Made by a program: the position numbers and the translations under genes. The notes below the pieces were generated by a model. That model had not been told where the DNA came from. It searched no databases and saw nothing but the letters and a program-made list of their open reading frames with translations. This document shows positions 60,885 to 64,000 of a DNA stretch of 64,000 nucleotides, in pieces. Every line of letters begins with the position of its first letter. Position 1 is the first letter of the stretch. Source of the stretch: the human T2T-CHM13v2.0 reference genome, Homo sapiens; assembly GCF_009914755.1 (NCBI RefSeq), contig NC_060940.1; one strand, 5' to 3'.

Positions 60885-61205
60885 GGCCAGGTGCAGTGGC
60901 TCATGCCTATAATATCAGTGCTTTGGGGGGCTGAGGTGGGAGAATCATTTGAGACTGGGAGTTCGAGATTAGCCTGGGCAACATAGCAAGACCCTGTCTC
61001 TACAAAAACCTTTTTTAAAAAATTAGCCAGGCTTGGTGGTGTGTGCCTGTAGTTCCAGCTACTCAGAAGGCTGAGGCAGGAGGATCCCTTGAGCCCAGGA
61101 ATTCAAGGCTGCAATGAGCTGTGATCGTGCCACTGCACTCCCGTCTGAGCAACAGAGGAAAACCCGCACCTCTAAAATAAAAAAAATAAAAAAAATAAAA
61201 AAAAA
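60885..61205 (+). mobile_element. Alu (AluJ)
   Basis: gaggatcccttgagcccaggaattcaaggctgcaatgagc; A-rich tail. Confidence 0.93.
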
Positions 61206-62124
61206 TGTTGGGCACTAACACTAAAGAAAGAGTTCCTCTCATTCTATGTGAAAGGCTTGAATTTCATTCATAAGGATTGTTGATCTCATTCACACGATGT
61301 TAAAATAAAGAAAGAAAAATGCATGGACCTCGGTTTGATACTCTGGAAGGAGAATGGAATTCCCATTCTGCCAAGTACGAAAAAAAAAAAAAAACTCCAA
61401 AAAATATGGCAGCAGCATAGTGGCCCTTTCCCTATGGTTCTGCCTCTGAAGTTTCCAGGGACCCTGGTTCCCTTCCTGGTACGCCCGCACGGAGGTAGGG
61501 ATGTGGTGATCAGTAACTCATCTGCCTCAGGGATTCCTGTCCAACAGCCTCCCTTTCATGATATTTTGCTATTTGTCACCTTTGTCACACAAATTCCTAT
61601 TTTTAAATCTTTTTCTTTATTGGATTTTATAATATTGATCACATTAAAGCAAAATTTTAAAAAGTGGCAAGTAGGGTGAGGAGAGAAGGTAGGAGATTAA
61701 GAGAAGGTACAGTGTCAGTCCTCATATATCGCAGCTGAGTGGCAGCCTCTTCTCATCTTTGCACTCCTAGGAGCAATAAACACCAGAAATGCTTGAGCGA
61801 GGAAAAAGCAAGTTGAAGAAAATGATGTGAAGTTTGACTAGGTTATTGCTAGAGAAGCTGACACTGTTATCACCGCTTTGTGACTTGGCCTTCACTCTGC
61901 TTATAATATTTTTCCTCCTCTCTCCTCCACTGCACTTTTCAAAATTCAACACAGTTATCTTCAGTTCAGTTGACATTAATTAAGCACCAACTGCATGCCA
62001 AGTCCTGAGAAATCAGAGAAACATGCCCCATTCACTGTCACTGAGGATCTCAAAATCTTAAGCCATAATCAACTAGAATTGGATTACAGGAATTTTGCTT
62101 TAAAGAGTCATTACCCTTGATAAT

Positions 62125-62305
62125 ACCCTTTGCAGCATGCTTTATACATGTGTTATCACTTCTAATCCTCACAGCAACCCCAGGAGGTAGGTTTCCACTG
62201 AGCCACGCTTTATGAATGAGGAAACAAGCTCTTAGAGGCTTAAAGACTTGCCTGAGATCACCCAACCAGGAAAGGGTAAAGGTGGGATTCTTAGTCTAAA
62301 GGTTC
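62125..62305 (-). mobile_element. MIR
   Basis: taatcctcacagcaacccc...atgaggaaacaagctc...gacttgcctgagatcac. Confidence 0.75.
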
Positions 62306-62670
62306 AATCACTATAGTATACATTTTGTAAGTGGCAGGGCTAAGTCTTGAATCATTGTCTGCAAGAATCCAAACTCTCTGCAACTAATCATCAAGTAATA
62401 GTACTATTTGGAAACTCGGTTTAATGCTGGTATGTAGCTTGAACTCCAATACCGCATTTTTCCCACGCAACATAAAGATATACTCTGTGTGTGAGACTAT
62501 CAAAGGAGTCTTCAGTCATTCCATCCGGGACTGGAAAAGGCTTCACAAAGGAGGGGACACTGAAAATCAGTCCCAGTAATAGTCTCTACCATTTAGTGGG
62601 CACTTACTGTGAGCTTGATGCTGTACCAGACTTTAATACATCATCTCATTTCACCCTTAAAACAACACTC

Positions 62671-63035
62671 TGTCAGCTCCATTCTGGCTGCCATAACACA
62701 ACACCATCGACTGGGTGGCTTACAGATAACAGAAATGTATTTCTTACAGTTCTGGAAGCTGGAAGTCCAAGATTCGGGTGCCAACATGATCTGGTTCTGG
62801 TGAGGATCTTTTTCCATGCTGCAGACAGTGATTTTCTCATTGTCTCCCCACCCAGAAAAAAGAGGGTGAGAGAGTTATTTGGGGTGCCTTTTATTCGGTC
62901 ACTAATACCATTCACGAGGGCTCTACACTTATGACCTAATCACTTCCCAAAGGCCCCACCTCCGATACGATCACCTTGGGCTTTAGAATTTCAAAATATG
63001 AATTTGCAGGGGACACAAACATTCAATGCATAATA
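62671..63035 (-). mobile_element. MLT1A-like solo LTR
   Basis: ggctgccataaca...actgggtggctt...atgacctaatcacttcccaaaggccccacctcc...gggacacaaacattca. Confidence 0.88.
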
Positions 63036-63053
63036 CCCTCCAAGGTAAATTCC

Positions 63054-63630
63054 TGTGATGAAGACTTGGTTTCCCACCCAACCACCATGTACCCCTTCCT
63101 CCTTGCTAAGACAGCTGGCATCTTCTTCATTATGCTCCATGAAGCCAGTGAACTTTGGGTGCCTTCCCAACCCATGAATCTTGACTTCTCTAAGCCAATG
63201 CCAGTGGGCTCACTGGCTTACCAAGCAATCTTCAAAGCACAAGCACATGACTCAGCTCTGGTCATTGAAATACGATGGAAATTCTGCTGCAGAACTTCTG
63301 GGAAAGCTTTGCTCACTCTGAAGAAAAAAAAAAAAAACATGACGTGGATGTTTTCTTTGTTCTGTCTGGGTGTTGTCACCTGCATATACTATCTAGATAA
63401 GCAGCCTTCATCTTAGACGATGGAGGATCCAGCCTAAGAAGAAAAGCCAGTATTCTGTAGATGTCAGCACAGAAAAACAGAGAACAAAATCAACAAAATA
63501 AAAACCTGATAACTTGGTAACATGGTTGACCTGCTGACTTAGCCAACTCTGGGACCACTGGACCCCAGCCTTTTTGTATAAGCCACTTTTAATTATGTTT
63601 TCTGTTTTCTGTAGCCAAGACCATCGTAAA
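63054..63630 (+). mobile_element. Old MaLR LTR (MLT1K/L-like)
   Basis: tctaagccaat; catgactcagctctggtcattgaaa; cttctgggaaagcttt; taagccact...tttctgtt. Confidence 0.65.
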
Positions 63631-64000
63631 TAAAAACAGGATTACTGACCCCACTTTATGGATGACCATGCTGAGACTCACAGAGACTAAGTGTCAGAAC
63701 CAGGATTCTAACTCAGGATTTCTGGCTTCTAATATTGTGGTCCTTCTGTTGCACACCACAAATGAGATGAAAGCTAAGAGGCAGAAAGTGGGGTGGGAGG
63801 GGGTTGAACAGTCCAGGCTGGGGAAATAGTATCAGAAGACTTGCAAATCAAAAGGAGAGGAGAGTGTGCTTGTGTAGAAAGAAGGCTGATCGGGCTGGTG
63901 GGGAAGGTGGATTCATTCCCAGTGGGGCTGAAATACCAAGTCAGAGTGGATTCTATTTGTTGTCACTGATGGAAGGGATATAGAGGGGCTTTTTTTTTTT

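Noticed and set aside
62491-63416. Two ~146-aa ORFs
   Set aside because: Non-ATG starts, and they run through MIR and MaLR LTR sequence.

Overview
Primate (human-like) non-coding DNA, intergenic or intronic. Roughly half or more of the window is interspersed repeat (by-eye estimate): about 25 Alu copies or fragments, many L1 fragments (L1PA/PB/MA/MB/MD/ME types), L2 and MIR, MaLR and ERV1 solo LTRs, DNA-transposon relics (MER20, MER33, MER5, MER104, MADE1) and microsatellites. I recognise no host protein-coding exon, RNA gene or CpG island; the only recognisable peptides in the ORF track are broken L1 ORF1/ORF2 pieces and Alu read-through. The locus cannot be named from the sequence. Repeat subfamily names come from recalled consensus sequences and need RepeatMasker/Dfam confirmation. 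The strongest observation is a 1.4-kb, TSD-bounded L1PB copy (38256-39660, minus) that keeps both termini. Its 5'UTR appears joined exactly at a GT-AG intron, suggesting a retrotransposed spliced L1 RNA from an old lineage. Other notable points: two sites hit twice by retroelements (three copies of each target sequence), a possible 3' transduction, a MADE1 hairpin, a fold-back inverted duplication, an Alu-L1 fusion without tail or TSD, and several motif-rich unique blocks that may be enhancers.
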